64,000 nt of DNA from Amphiscolops sp. MND2022 (Eukaryota). Of this stretch, positions 11,380 to 22,739 are shown one piece after another. The notes beneath the pieces were generated by a model. That model ran no database searches and was not told the origin of the DNA. It saw only the letters and a list, made by a program, of their open reading frames with translations. The number at the start of each line of letters is the position of its first letter. The first letter of the stretch is position 1. The stretch spans positions 24,614,001-24,678,000 of the forward strand of contig OZ076411.1 of assembly GCA_964187785.1 (NCBI GenBank), written 5' to 3'. A program made the translations under genes and the position numbers.

Positions 11380-13590
11380 CCCAGTGTAAAATATCTTGAA
11401 ACTCTTGCCAAGAATGTTGCTAGTTCCTGAAAGCCTTGGTAAGAATCTTGGCAAGACTCTTCCCAAGATTGCCAAGAATATGTACGATCTTGCAAGATCT
11501 TGTCAAGAACTTCAAGAAAAATACCAAATTTTTTGGACCGAAAAAACGCACAAAAAGGATTTTTAGCACAAGAAGTACCAGGAATCTTGTCATAAAACTC
11601 AAGAAACGCCAAGATTCTTGCCAAGAAATACGGTAAACCCAAGAATAAACGGGAAAAAGCGAGAGATGCCCAGTTACAACCTAGCCCACCGCGAAGAAAC
11701 CCGAACCACAAAAATCAGTAAGGAAATCTATAATCATTGGAAATAAGATTTGAAAGCATCCAAAAACCGATCAGAATGTTGTCTGATATGGTTTCGAACC
11801 GCAAACAAAGTTTGCAGCTATTTCGAATCACATTCCTCTGTGCAGTGATTTAAGACGTTATTCCCAAAAAATGATTTTAGACGTTATTCCTAAAAAAATA
11901 GTGATTTTAGACGGTATTTTACTAAAAAACGGTGATTTCAGGCGTTATTATTTTCCGACCCCACATTTTAAAATGGGGGAGGAAAATTATGATCTGTGTT
12001 GCGTTTTTTCTCGAAATTCTGCCAAAACTCCACTTTGTGCTACTCCACTTGCTCACTTGCTGAATCCACTTGCTCACTTGCTGCATTCACTTGATTGAAT
12101 GCAATTGTTTTCTCCATCTAGAGTGGGGAACAGAATCTTAGAAGGGGAATAATATCTCAAGTCAAAAAAGGGAATAAGATCTAAAGGGAATAAGATCTAA
12201 AGTTTGAGGACAGGTATGAGATCTAAAGGGAATAAGATCTAAAATCACTTAATTTTAGATCTTACTCTTTAGATTCTATTCCCGCTCCCAAAATAGCAAT
12301 GGCTCAGTTGGTGAAGGCGAAAAGGGAGAAAATTATCCCGGTGCTTAGCGGGCGTCTTGTTCCAGGAAAACACTATGTTTTTACAACCTATTTTTTCCAA
12401 AATACAGTGGTTTTAGACGTTATTCCACAAAATTGTGATTTTAGACGTTATTGCCGAAAAAAATAGTGATTTTAGACGGTCTTTTACTAAAAAACGGTGA
12501 TTTCAGGCGTTATTATTTTCCGACCCCACATTTTAAAATTGGGGAGGAAAATTATGATCTGTGTTGCGTTTTTTCTCCAAATTCTGCCAAAACTCCACTT
12601 TGTACTACTCCACTTGCTCACTTGCTGCATCCACTTGCTCACTTGCTGCATTCACTTAATTGAATGCAATTGTTGTCTCCATCTAGAGTGGGGAACAGAA
12701 TCTTAGAAGGGGAATAATATATAATGTCAAAAAAGGGAATGAGATCCAAAGGGAATAAGATCTAAAGTTTGAGGCCAGGTATGAGATCTGAGGGGAATAA
12801 GATCTAAAATCACTTAATTTTAGATCTTACTCTTTAGATCCTATTCCCGCTCCCAAAATAGCATTGGCTCAGTTGGTGAAGGCGAAAAAGGAGAAAAATA
12901 TCCCGGTGCTTACCGGGCGTCTTGTTCCAGGAAAATACTATGTTTTTACAACTTATTCTCCCAAAATACAGTGGTTTTAGACGTTATTCTACAAAATTGT
13001 GATTTTAGACGTTATTGCCGAAAAAAGTGATTTCAGACGTTATTGTTGAAAAATAGTGATTTCAGACGTTATACCATCAAAATGCGGTGATCTTAGACGT
13101 TATCCCAGTAAAATAAAATGTTTTCAAATCTTATTCCACCAAAATACCGTGATTTCAGGACTTATTCCAGCAAAACAGTTTTTTCAGATCTTATTCCACC
13201 AAAGTCTCCAAATCTGGGAAATTTTTTTCTAGGAATCATGACAATGTAACCAAAAATTCATAAAATCCTACCTATCCAGCGGATTCATGAAACGCTGTGC
13301 CCAAAAGCGTCCTTAATGCTACCCTAGTCAATAAAGTAACCCTGTAAGAAAAGATTTGTTCACAGTTTTAATGTAGTAAATTGTGACACGTGCAAACTTC
13401 ATGCTCAAACGACGAATTTGAAATTTTCACCCCTTGAATTTCTTGATAAGAATCTTGACAAGAATTTTGTAAAAACGGTTTTTAACGGTCCAGGAATAAT
13501 TCAAGATCTTATCAAGGGTTTCAAGAGGTAACGGGAATTTTCTGAAGAATCCAAGATCTTGGCAAGAGTTTCAAGATATTTTACTCTGGA
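11380..13590. mobile_element. Non-autonomous TIR element (CCCAG-type termini) with nested repeats
   Basis: 34-bp inverted termini cccagtgtaaaatatcttgaaactcttgccaaga (2 mismatches). Subterminal caagaatcttg repeats in inverted orientation. Possible 2-bp AT duplication. Confidence 0.6.
11845..13200 (+). repeat. Family C repeat, two tandem ~565-bp units plus a tail of gtgatttcagacgttatt-like repeats
   Basis: Markers recur at +565 (ccgacccc 11955/12520, gagtgggg 12121/12686, ggctcagttgg 12301/12866). Internal agatctaaagggaata repeats. Reverse-oriented copies at ~27676-28066 and ~29424-29814, partial at ~25440-25640. Confidence 0.75.
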
Positions 13591-14469
13591 ATGTCTTTGC
13601 GTATCTTCGGGCCATTTAAATTTGATAAACTTTTCACAATAGCGTCCCTTTGAGTACTGAATTTTTTAACCTTAGTGCTTGGCGTCGACTTGGGCCGTTC
13701 CCGGCTTTTGTTACGAGCAGCGGTCTCCGAGATTTAGCATATCGAAAAGGCGAAAAAAAATGAGCCAAGTGTTATAATTTTTGATTGATTTCAAAACAAA
13801 ACGTACGCCTGTATTTCAAAAATTTGGGAGTTTTGCTCGTGGGACTTTTCTGTTAAATATTTCGTAATAAGTTATTGCGATTAAAAATTATGGTAGCGAA
13901 ATCAGGTGATGTAACTTTGGTACTCTAGTGTAAAACGAGGAAGCATTCTCAAACACTTTGAAAAAGTCGAATATTTCCATAACTATATGGGCTACAAATC
14001 TAATTGTTTGTAGTTGAAATTCATCGAAGGAACTCTATCTTCTGATTTTGAAATTTTTGGAGGATTATTCCTCTGCAATTCCATTAATAAAATTTGAGAG
14101 GAAAATTTAGGAATCACTAATTGTAACTAACTGTAAAAGGTGTTTAGAAACGTCAAAGCGATAAAAAAAAAACTATCCTATTTGATAATTTCAATTCTTT
14201 CAATAACATGAACTTTCAACAACAGAAACTTTCAATTACCAGTAGACTTCAGTCAATTCGAAAATAACGACACGAAGGAAAGCTTAATAACAGTTTCAGT
14301 TCTGCAGTTCAACATCTTTCAACTGAAGCGTGAAAAGTTTGAACAAGTTTGATTTCAGTTTCCGCTTCCGTTTTGGAAAGAAATTCTCAACAAAAATTTT
14401 TAAAAAGTTAGCTTTTATTTATTTCAGACCTCTGTCTGCTCTATTTTCCTAGCATTTTTTGTTAACAAA

Positions 14470-14665
14470 ATTTTAAAAGACTAGATATTTATTTGAAAAT
14501 TAGTTGTTGTCCATATTGTCCTCGGTGTCCGGTGTGTTTTCCCGGCCATTCAGTCTTTTGACGGTATTTTAAAATACTAGATATTTATTTGAAAATTAGT
14601 TGTTGTCCATATTGTCCTCGGTGTCCGGTGTGTTTTCCCGGCCATTCAGTCTTTTGACGGTATTT
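14470..14665. repeat. 96-bp tandem duplication at the 3' end of the Gypsy internal region
   Basis: attttaaaa(g/t)actagatattt...cttttgacggt occurs at 14470-14565 and 14566-14661, with attt microhomology. Confidence 0.9.
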
Positions 14666-17600
14666 CCTGTAATCAGATGGTACTGGGTTACTAAGCCTAA
14701 TTATTGGGTTGGTTTTTGTCAAGCGTTTCGATCTACGTAAATTATGTTCTTTTGTTTTTGTTTTATTTCGGTACTTGAACTGAGATTGCAAATAATTCTA
14801 GTTCTGAGGTGTCTTGTTCAGTATAACTATTTTCTACCTTGTCTTCTTCCCCTCCTTTGGGGGATTGGTAGTTGTTTTGAATTACTTTACCGTTATTATC
14901 TTTGAGGTGTAACTCTGTGTTTGCCCTTCTGGCATCCTCAATGACGCGGTCTATTTCCGCGTCCGTCATGTTCTCCGTTACTACTGTCAACGGTCCAATG
15001 CTTGATTGTTGGTCCGGGCTGGTATGTGTTTCTCCCGGAGAGCCAGAGTTTTGACGGTTTCTGATCAGCTTTGGCCGTCCCCTGCCGATTGTGCTGTATT
15101 TTGGTGGCGGTGTTGTGTGTTCTCCGAATGTTGTAGTTGCTGTGGCGGTCGCTACCGGTGAGGCTTCTCCATGGTCGCAGTCTGAGTCTTGGACATTGAC
15201 TATCCTCGGGGACTTGGTAAGCGGCCATCTGGTCCTCGTGGTCCGGTGCCCCGGTTGGTGCTGTTTTACTGTACAATTTCAGAAATGGGTATACTAATAT
15301 GTTTTCTGTGCAAGATTTTATTATCTGACGTTGTTATTGTATGTTTGGTGCCCGATATGGCTATTTGTGTTTTATCGGAATATGCACTTTCAAACTTCGG
15401 TTTATTCATTTTCATTCACTTTCAAACTTCGGTTTATTCATTTTCTTACTCCTTTTGCTCCTTTCTTCTGTTTCATCGGTAGCTGGTCTGAGGCACCGCC
15501 AGCTCCGCTGAATGAGTACACCTGTAAGGTGTCTGGTTTTGCTGAAATACAACTTTTTGTAATAGTTTTCAGTGCGTCTAGGTTTAACATACTGCTTATT
15601 TCCGTTTTCGGTTCGCGTCCGTAGTGTAGCCCAAATGCGGACTTCTTTAGTCTTGTATGGGGTGTTTTCCGCATGATTTCCAGAGCTATATCTAAAGCTT
15701 TACCGAATTTCTCTCCGGCCTTGATATTGGTTAGTAGTGTTTCTATCAATGTTCTTACGCCGCGTTCAACCAATCCTGTCGGCGTATGGATATACGGTGT
15801 CCCGTATAATAATTTTATCTGGTGAGTTTTGCAAAAGTCTCTAAATGTACGGCCCGTGAATGCGGTAGCTTTGTCGGTTCTAATGGTTTTCGGAATGCCG
15901 TTCAGATTTATGTACTGTTCTAGAAATCTAACCGCCGTTTGTTCGTCCGTAGTTTTACATAAGCTAGCTGCGGGCCATTTACTAAATCGGTCCGTTGAGA
16001 GTAAAATGTTAAATTTTTGGTTCTTTTCGCTTATGGGGCCGATGAAATCCATTTGGATTTCTTCGTTTGGTTTATTCACCGGTGGTAACTGACTTACTTC
16101 AAAGTGGCCTAGGAATGTTAGGTTTATTGCTCTTACCGGACATTTTGCACGGTACGCAGCCGTCGCACTTCCTCTGGATGGCTTCCATCAGCTTTGGCCA
16201 CCAGAAATGTCTTGCTGCCATCGACATCTTGTTGATGGCGGGGTGTCCCTTGTGAAGGAGGCTAATTATTGTGGTCCGCAGGTTCTTCGGGACAATTATT
16301 CTATCTTCAAAGAATACCAATCCGTATCTGGTGGAGAGCTTTTTCTTATACATGATGTATTTTTCGGGCATATTGTCGTGTTGCTGGCGTTCCAAACATA
16401 CCAACGTTTTGAGGAGGCTAGGGTCGTTTGTGGTCTCCGACATTAGTAGTTGGAGTTCTGTGGAGAAATTCTTTTCGGTTTCTCTGACGGCGTTCCCTAG
16501 ATCCCAATTGTTTTGTTCCTCAGCATCCACTCTGGGAGCGTGACCCATCTCTATGTATTGGACGCTTTTGACGCCCACGTATTTGGCCCAATTGATGGCC
16601 GGGACTTCCAAGACAGATGGGTCCTGATCGGTGTCTGATCCGATTTCGTCTTCTTCCATTGGGGCGTACATTGTGTCCGGAGATGATGTCCCGGGTTGTT
16701 CTTGTGGTCGCTGTGGGCGGTCTACCCCCCAGAATGGATCAACGGTCCCTTGTTCGTTTAGCCGTTGTTGTGCCTGAAATCCTTGCAGTTGTTGTTGCTG
16801 CTCTTGCTGTCCCGGTAGATTTTGTATGGCTAATTGTTGACGCTCTTCTATTATTTTCCGTTCGTTCCGGAGAAATTTTGGCTCGTGGTACTTTTTCCAA
16901 CGGCCACCAGATTGTCTGTAAATGCCCGGTTTTACTATATCTCTCCAGCGGACTATCAGTTGTCTGGTTTCTGCAGACGGGTCTGCGGCTTCAAGATTGT
17001 CTATGGTTCTAGCGTCCATAGTTAAATTGCTCGAGTTTGCGATAAAGTTGATGCAGCTTTCTGGCGGTCAATTAAGGCAAGCAATGGCAGTTTGTTCACG
17101 CGTTTTGGAATGTTTCGCGTCGTGTGATTGGTTGGAATGGTTGCTAAGGCAACCGTATTTGGCTACGAATTTGTAGTGCGGGACGATGTTGTTGATTACG
17201 TATTCTTCTTCGTATGCGTCATCTGCTTCCGGTGGTGCTGACGGATTACGACTGAGAGCGCTAAATGTTTACCAGCAATAAGGCTTACGTTAATTGAAAA
17301 ATGAGCTAATCGGTCGAGCCATCTAGTTAGCCGTGCGCTGTATGTTTTGTTTGAACGATTTCGTTTAGTTAATGGTTCTAGAGCTTGGTGGTCCGTGAGT
17401 AATTTTATCGGTTTTCCGTATATATATAAACGAAAGTGTTCAAGCCCCCCATACCACCGCTAATAGCTCCAGTTCATTAATGGCGTTTTTCTTTTCCGTG
17501 TCAGAAAGGAAGCGACTGGTAAATCCGATCGGTTTTAGTTTACCGTCCGGTTGTTCTTGCCAGAGTGTGGCTCCAAGGCTCTTAGTGCTAGCGTCTGTGG

Positions 17601-19972
17601 TAAAATATGTTCGGATAATTAGAATTATAGTGCGCCAAACACGGTATTTCCGTGATTTTCTGTTTTAAATTTTCGAATGCTTCCGTGTGTTCCTCGGTCC
17701 AAATCCAATCCATACCCTTCTTTAACAGCTGTCGTAAAACGTCCGTTTGTGCTGAAAGGTTTTCAATGTACTTTGACAGATATTGGATTGCTCCGAGAAA
17801 TGATTTAAGTTCCTTTTCGTTCTCCGGTTTCTTCAAATTTTTAATCGCCATTAATTTGTCCTGTAACGGTCTAATTCCGTTTTGGTCAATTTTATGTCCA
17901 ATCCATTCAATTTCGGTTTTGAACAGCTTCAGTTTGCTTTCGCTCAGTCTATAACCAGCGTTTTCCAATTACGATAGTACGTCGGTTAATTCCTCCAAAT
18001 GTTTTTGTTTGGAGGATTTGTTACGACTATGATGTCGTCTAATCATGCTGGGTGTTTATTTTCCAGTGTTTGGTCAATTTTCTCTTGAAATATCGTCGGG
18101 ATGTCGGTTAGCCCGTAAAAGCTTTTTAAAAATCGGAAATAACCGGTAAAGTTTCCCCCGGTTACTGCGAAGATGCATAGGTCCATTGTTTTTTTTGATA
18201 GTTTAAGTTGACTGTATGCATAATCTAAATCGAACTTCGAAATCCATGTTTCGTCTGCCGGTCCGTCTGCGGTATTTCCGGAGATTCTCGATTTTAATTC
18301 CTCCATATTAGGCATTTGTGCCTTTCTTTTTATTGTTATTTCATTTAATTTTCTTGAGTCCAGTGCGATTTTTACCGACTTATCTTTTTTGATGATGATT
18401 ACCGTAGGGCTTACGAAACAACTTTCGTCAATATTTTCAGCTTTTTCGATGTGGCCCAATTTTTTCAATTTTTCGATTTCTTTACCCACTGCTTAATGTA
18501 AAAGGATAGGATTGGGTCTACCTTTTTGTTGGATCAGTTTTGCGTCATCTTTTAATTGTATATCAACTTCCACGTTTTTTACAGTGTGGTTTGTTGAAAA
18601 TAATTTATGGAACTTACTTTTCAGTGCTGTTATTTCGCGTTCCGAGTTACAGTTGATTTGGTTCGGTTTGTCGGTGATGTGTTTTATTGTTTGGATGTTA
18701 TTGTCCGTGTTCAGTGTAATTCCGAGTTTTCCCATCCAGTCTAATCCGAGTAGTGGGTGTGTTTGTTTAGTTGTTACCAGTAATTCCAGTTGTCTCTCTT
18801 TACCGTCTATTGTTATGTTGGCGGTTGTTTTCCCCTCGAATTTTATTTTGTTGTCGTTCACGTCCCGGTAATCTAAAGTTACCGGCTTCATTGTTGTAAT
18901 ATTGTTGAATTTTGATTTTGGAATTAGAGTTTTTGGTGAGCCTGTATCGACGATGAATTTGATTGGTCGGTTATTAACCGATAACGTTTTAGTATAGAAC
19001 GGTGGTCCGTTCTTGCTTCCATTGCCCAGTGAGTTGATTTTTTGTTGAATTGAGTGTATTTTGTCTGGTGTCCACTCGTCTTTATCTGCGCTATATGCTT
19101 CCTCATCTGCTATATGGTTTATTTTCTTTCCAGACCGGCAGCATTTAGCAAAATGTCCCAATTTACCGCATTTGGCACATTTCTTTCCTTTTGCGGGATA
19201 TTCGTGTTGTTTGGACCCGTTAGGTTCTCCGCACCTATTGCAGTCCAGTCTTCTCGCGGTCTTCGGGTTTCGTTCGGTATGTTCTTTTCCATACTTTAGT
19301 TTTCTTTTTTCCACATGCCTGATTTTTTTTGTCTTCGTCGCTTTCTGGAGATTCATTTAGTTTTTCATGCATGTACTCATGTAATGCCTCTGTGATAGCC
19401 TCCACTGACATGTCGCTTTTTCTAATTTTCTTTTTTACTTCGTAATCGCCTGTGGATTTCCCGATGAGCGATAGGAATTTTGAGGCCAGATGTTCGGCTG
19501 CCGTAATGGTTTCGAACTCGCAGTTTTTCTCCGCCTCCAGTATTTTCTTCCAGACGTCTGCGGTTGTTTCGTTTTCTTCTTTTTTCAAATCGAAAAAGTC
19601 GGCCCTGCTATGTTGTACGTTCCGTTCTGGAGTGAAATGCAATCGAAATAGGCTGTACAGTCTGTGTAACGGTAGAGTGCTGGGTTCTCGTTCTCTCACC
19701 GTTTTTGTCATTTCTGATAGGGCACTTTGTCCAATTGCCCATAGAAACGTGTCTTTAATTTCTAGTTCCAGTTGATCGCGGAATTGTGGCAGGATTTCTT
19801 TTGGGTTTACCCTTTGTGATACGTCGATGTCTTTTGTCATTTTAATATATTGGACAAATTTTCGCCACCACAGATTTGCGCTGGAGCTGTCGTGTTTTTC
19901 TAAGCTGGGAATGGTCAATTTCTGGGTACATGTCCGTTCTCCCGTTCTTGGTGTTGTTTCATTGGGTATCAA
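14585..19972 (-). pseudogene. Fragmented gag-pol polyprotein
   Basis: Gag NLWWRKFVQYIKM (19235-19972), CKKCAKCGKLGHFAKCC knuckle and FIVDTGS protease (18493-19356), RT KIALDSRKLN with A*LDD (18043-18489), RT thumb/RNase H (17100-17968), HKGH...CDGC (16099-17019), integrase MDFIGP / RTDKATAF / GLVERG (15438-16079). Multiple stops and frameshifts. Confidence 0.9.
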
Positions 19973-20100
19973 CTGGCTGCTGGATGATTGATCGGTTGCC
20001 CGGTCAGGCTGTTCCCCCGTTGGAGGGGTGTTGTTCGTATCTTCCGTTCTTTGGTAATTGATGGGCTGATCACGAATGTTTGTGGTAATTGTCAGTTATA

Positions 20101-20118
20101 CTGACACTGACTGCGCCA
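20101..20118 (-). promoter_or_regulatory. Primer-binding site (TGGCGCAGTC, tRNA-Ser-like)
   Basis: The minus strand reads ...TTACAACA|TGGCGCAGTCAGTGTCAG. TGGCGCAGTC matches the tRNA-Ser PBS used by 17.6/297-type elements. Confidence 0.75.
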
Positions 20119-20313
20119 TGTTGTAACTTTATGATACAAAAATTTACTTTCTATCAAGACTGTATTTTATCTCGTAGCTATTCTTACTAAACGAACTTTA
20201 GTATGATAAAGACGATACAGTATAGGCAGGTACTTCAGACTAATTAAATAACAATAAGAATAATAGTGTCTAAAGTATGAAGTTTGTCCTCTAGCTTAAT
20301 CAGCTATGCCACA
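20119..20313 (-). repeat. Single 195-bp LTR
   Basis: Minus strand TGTGGCATAG...TTACAACA directly followed by the PBS. Confidence 0.7.
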
Positions 20314-21256
20314 AACAAAATTTTAAAATACTAGATATTTATTTGAAAAAAAACTGACAACAATTATCGCAACAAAGTTTATAGAACATTTTCAAAGTTT
20401 TTCTATCTCCATTCCATTCTTTAAAACGCCCTTCTATTTTCGAAGACCATAAATTAAATTCTGATAATCTGGGGCTTCAAAAAAGATTTTGATCAACGTG
20501 AAGCGCTTTTTTCTTTCAAAAACGGGAATATTTATCACATAAGGTGTGGAAAGTCGGTCAGTACATGCGAAAAGCAACGACCAGCATAAGTGAGTGAGTC
20601 GACGATGAACCAAAAAAGGGTAAAATTAGAACATCAAAAGCAGGTCGGAGAACATAAGTGTTTTGAGGTGGAAAATGTTCAGCAATCAGTTTGGCGCCTC
20701 CTGTCATTTTCTGACTTTTTGTTACTAATTTTTTCTTTGAACTGTCTGGGCCAGTGGCCTTTGATATTTAATTGATGCCATCAAATGAAAAAGTTCAATG
20801 GAGTGAAAACCGATAGCCGCTCCATTTCATCCTTGTAACCCCAAAGATCACGAAGTGTCGATTAAAGTGAGTTGTGAGTGTAGAGTTCTGACTAAAATGA
20901 AAGTAGAACTCTTAAAAAATGACTAGGGTATACCGTTTGTAAGAAGTAGTTCCTTGAATGGCCCCTTTTATTATGAGCGGACGCCTGTAAAAATCTGCAA
21001 TGTTGATGATCAGTGGTTTTGAACATGATTATATTCGCCAAAATGCTTCTTTCATACAGAAGCCTGAAAAGTTTTGAAAGTAAGTTTGGGAATTCCACAA
21101 CGTTTCTCAGTAGTTCTCAAAAGTTGATTCTGGTTTAAATTGTACTCTATGGTACCAAAAATGCAAATATCACACGCAAAAACTTTGGAAGCGCATTATT
21201 TCTTTGGATATGCATTCGACAGAGAAGTCTTTTGAAAATGAGAATGACAACAGTGT

Positions 21257-22552
21257 TTTTAAGTCGGCGCGTTTTCCTTTTAAGGAAAAATGTCCGACTG
21301 TAGCAGAGACCTTTTTTTCTTCAGACTACAATCCTCACACTGATCGGTCCACTTTTTAGAAACAATCCTGAAAACACCCAAGGCCAAGTCCGGCAAGGCA
21401 AACTTAGTCCAAAGGGTCCCAAGGTTTCCGATCTTTGCGAATTTGTGCAGATCTGCAGGGTTCTGTAAAGATCGTTGCACTGAATCTTGAAGATCCATTC
21501 AGATCTGCAAGATATTTACAGAAATGTGCAGATTTTCTTTGAATCTTTTTGCAGAAATATGTTTTTCTGCAGCTTCTAAGGAACCAATATACTGCATTTT
21601 TGGACTTCTTTAACTCCTTCATCAACTATTTTAGCTGACCAAGGCTCAGTCAGTTGATACTCTCGATCACTCAAAATTCTCGAGAAGGAAAGATTGTCCC
21701 CATCACCGTAGTTTTGGTGACTGGAGAATGCGCCGTATTGGTTATACACGGTAATTTATCCATTTCACTTGAACTTTCCAGAAGTGACTGTTGAACTTTG
21801 AGAAGCTCGTTTGCCTCATTGACTTCGTTTTGACGGATGAAATTTGACTTGTGGCAACCGTCTGGGTTGGTAGATGTGTTGATAAAGTGTTGTTGTTGTA
21901 ATATTTCGGGAAGATGGTTTGTTTGAGTAATTTTAATAATTTCTGCTATTTCGGAATACGTTATAGTAATTTACTGGTCATTGTTTGGAGCTGTAAAGAT
22001 CTGTAAAGATCTGCAAAACTCTGCAGATCTGTACAGATTGCTGCAGGAAAATGTTTCATCATTTTGACATAAATGAGATTTTTCTTGGTTTTTAAACATT
22101 TTTATTATTCGTTTGACATTGCTGTGGTGTTTCTAAGTAGGTCATTTTTCTTCCAATCTGCACATATCTGCAAAGATCTGCAAAAATCCTGCAGATCTGC
22201 AGGGATTCGCAAAGATCGAAAACCTGGGTCCCCCTTTCATTTTTTACTTTTTTAACGTAACCTACAAAACCGGACGAGACTAAAGGGTCCCTCCTTTGGA
22301 TTTTTTTCGGCACTGTGCGACTTTTTTTCGAAAAGTTTTTAATGCCTCCAAAGGGTCCCCCCTTCGAGTTTTTTGATATTTTGCAACAAAATGTATGTTA
22401 ATAAATCCAAAAGGGTCCCCTTTTACATTTTTCGGCACTATGCGACATTTTTTGAAAGAAAAAAATTCAAAAATTCAAGTTTTTTCCAAAAAATTTATTT
22501 GCGCTTTTTGAGCCTTAGAGATAGCGCCGACTTTAGACGTTCTCGTCTTGTT
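21257..22552 (-). repeat. Family A copy interrupted by a TIR element
   Basis: agtcggcgcg...ccgact end at ~21257 and ...cgtcttgtt end at ~22552. Confidence 0.55.
21418..22228. mobile_element. Non-autonomous TIR element with gatctgca repeats
   Basis: Left end cccaaggtttccgatctttgcgaat...gcagatctgcagg matches the reverse complement of the right end cccaggttttcgatctttgcgaat...gcagatctgcagg. No TSD recognised. Confidence 0.55.
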
Positions 22553-22739
22553 TGTTTTGAATTCGAATCAAAAATACAGAAGTCTCTCACCTGAGACTGT
22601 TTGACAAATAAATGAATGAAAATTTATTGTGCTGAGATTTTTATGTTTATGAGATCAAATGTTTTCAACTTTGGTACCCTAATGTAGCTTTCTGGATAAT
22701 GGTGTTCTATCAACTGATTTTCAACGACAAACAATAAGT

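Larger units (their letters stand above)
14464..20349 (-). mobile_element. Decayed Ty3/Gypsy LTR retrotransposon with only one LTR
   Basis: Domain order gag - Zn knuckle - protease - RT - RNase H - integrase on the minus strand. LTR at 20119-20313 plus PBS. The second LTR is absent. Confidence 0.9.

Noticed and set aside
12170-12260. CRISPR-like array (agatctaaagggaata repeats; also the 57515-57640 and 13000-13200 repeats)
   Set aside because: The repeats are contiguous or degenerate with no unique spacers, there are no cas genes, and the context is eukaryotic TE sequence.
12295-12370. tRNA gene
   Set aside because: Only an A-box-like motif is present. No acceptor stem, anticodon arm or T-loop could be folded.
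15091-20061. Numerous plus-strand ORFs opposite the minus-strand Gypsy (and minus-strand ORFs opposite gag/pol at 38713-45238)
   Set aside because: Shadow frames of the real coding strand, with no independent motifs or splice signals.
20892-21098. FN3-like exon (ASAHNKRGHS)
   Set aside because: Only a short motif resemblance with a weak donor site and no supporting neighbouring exons.
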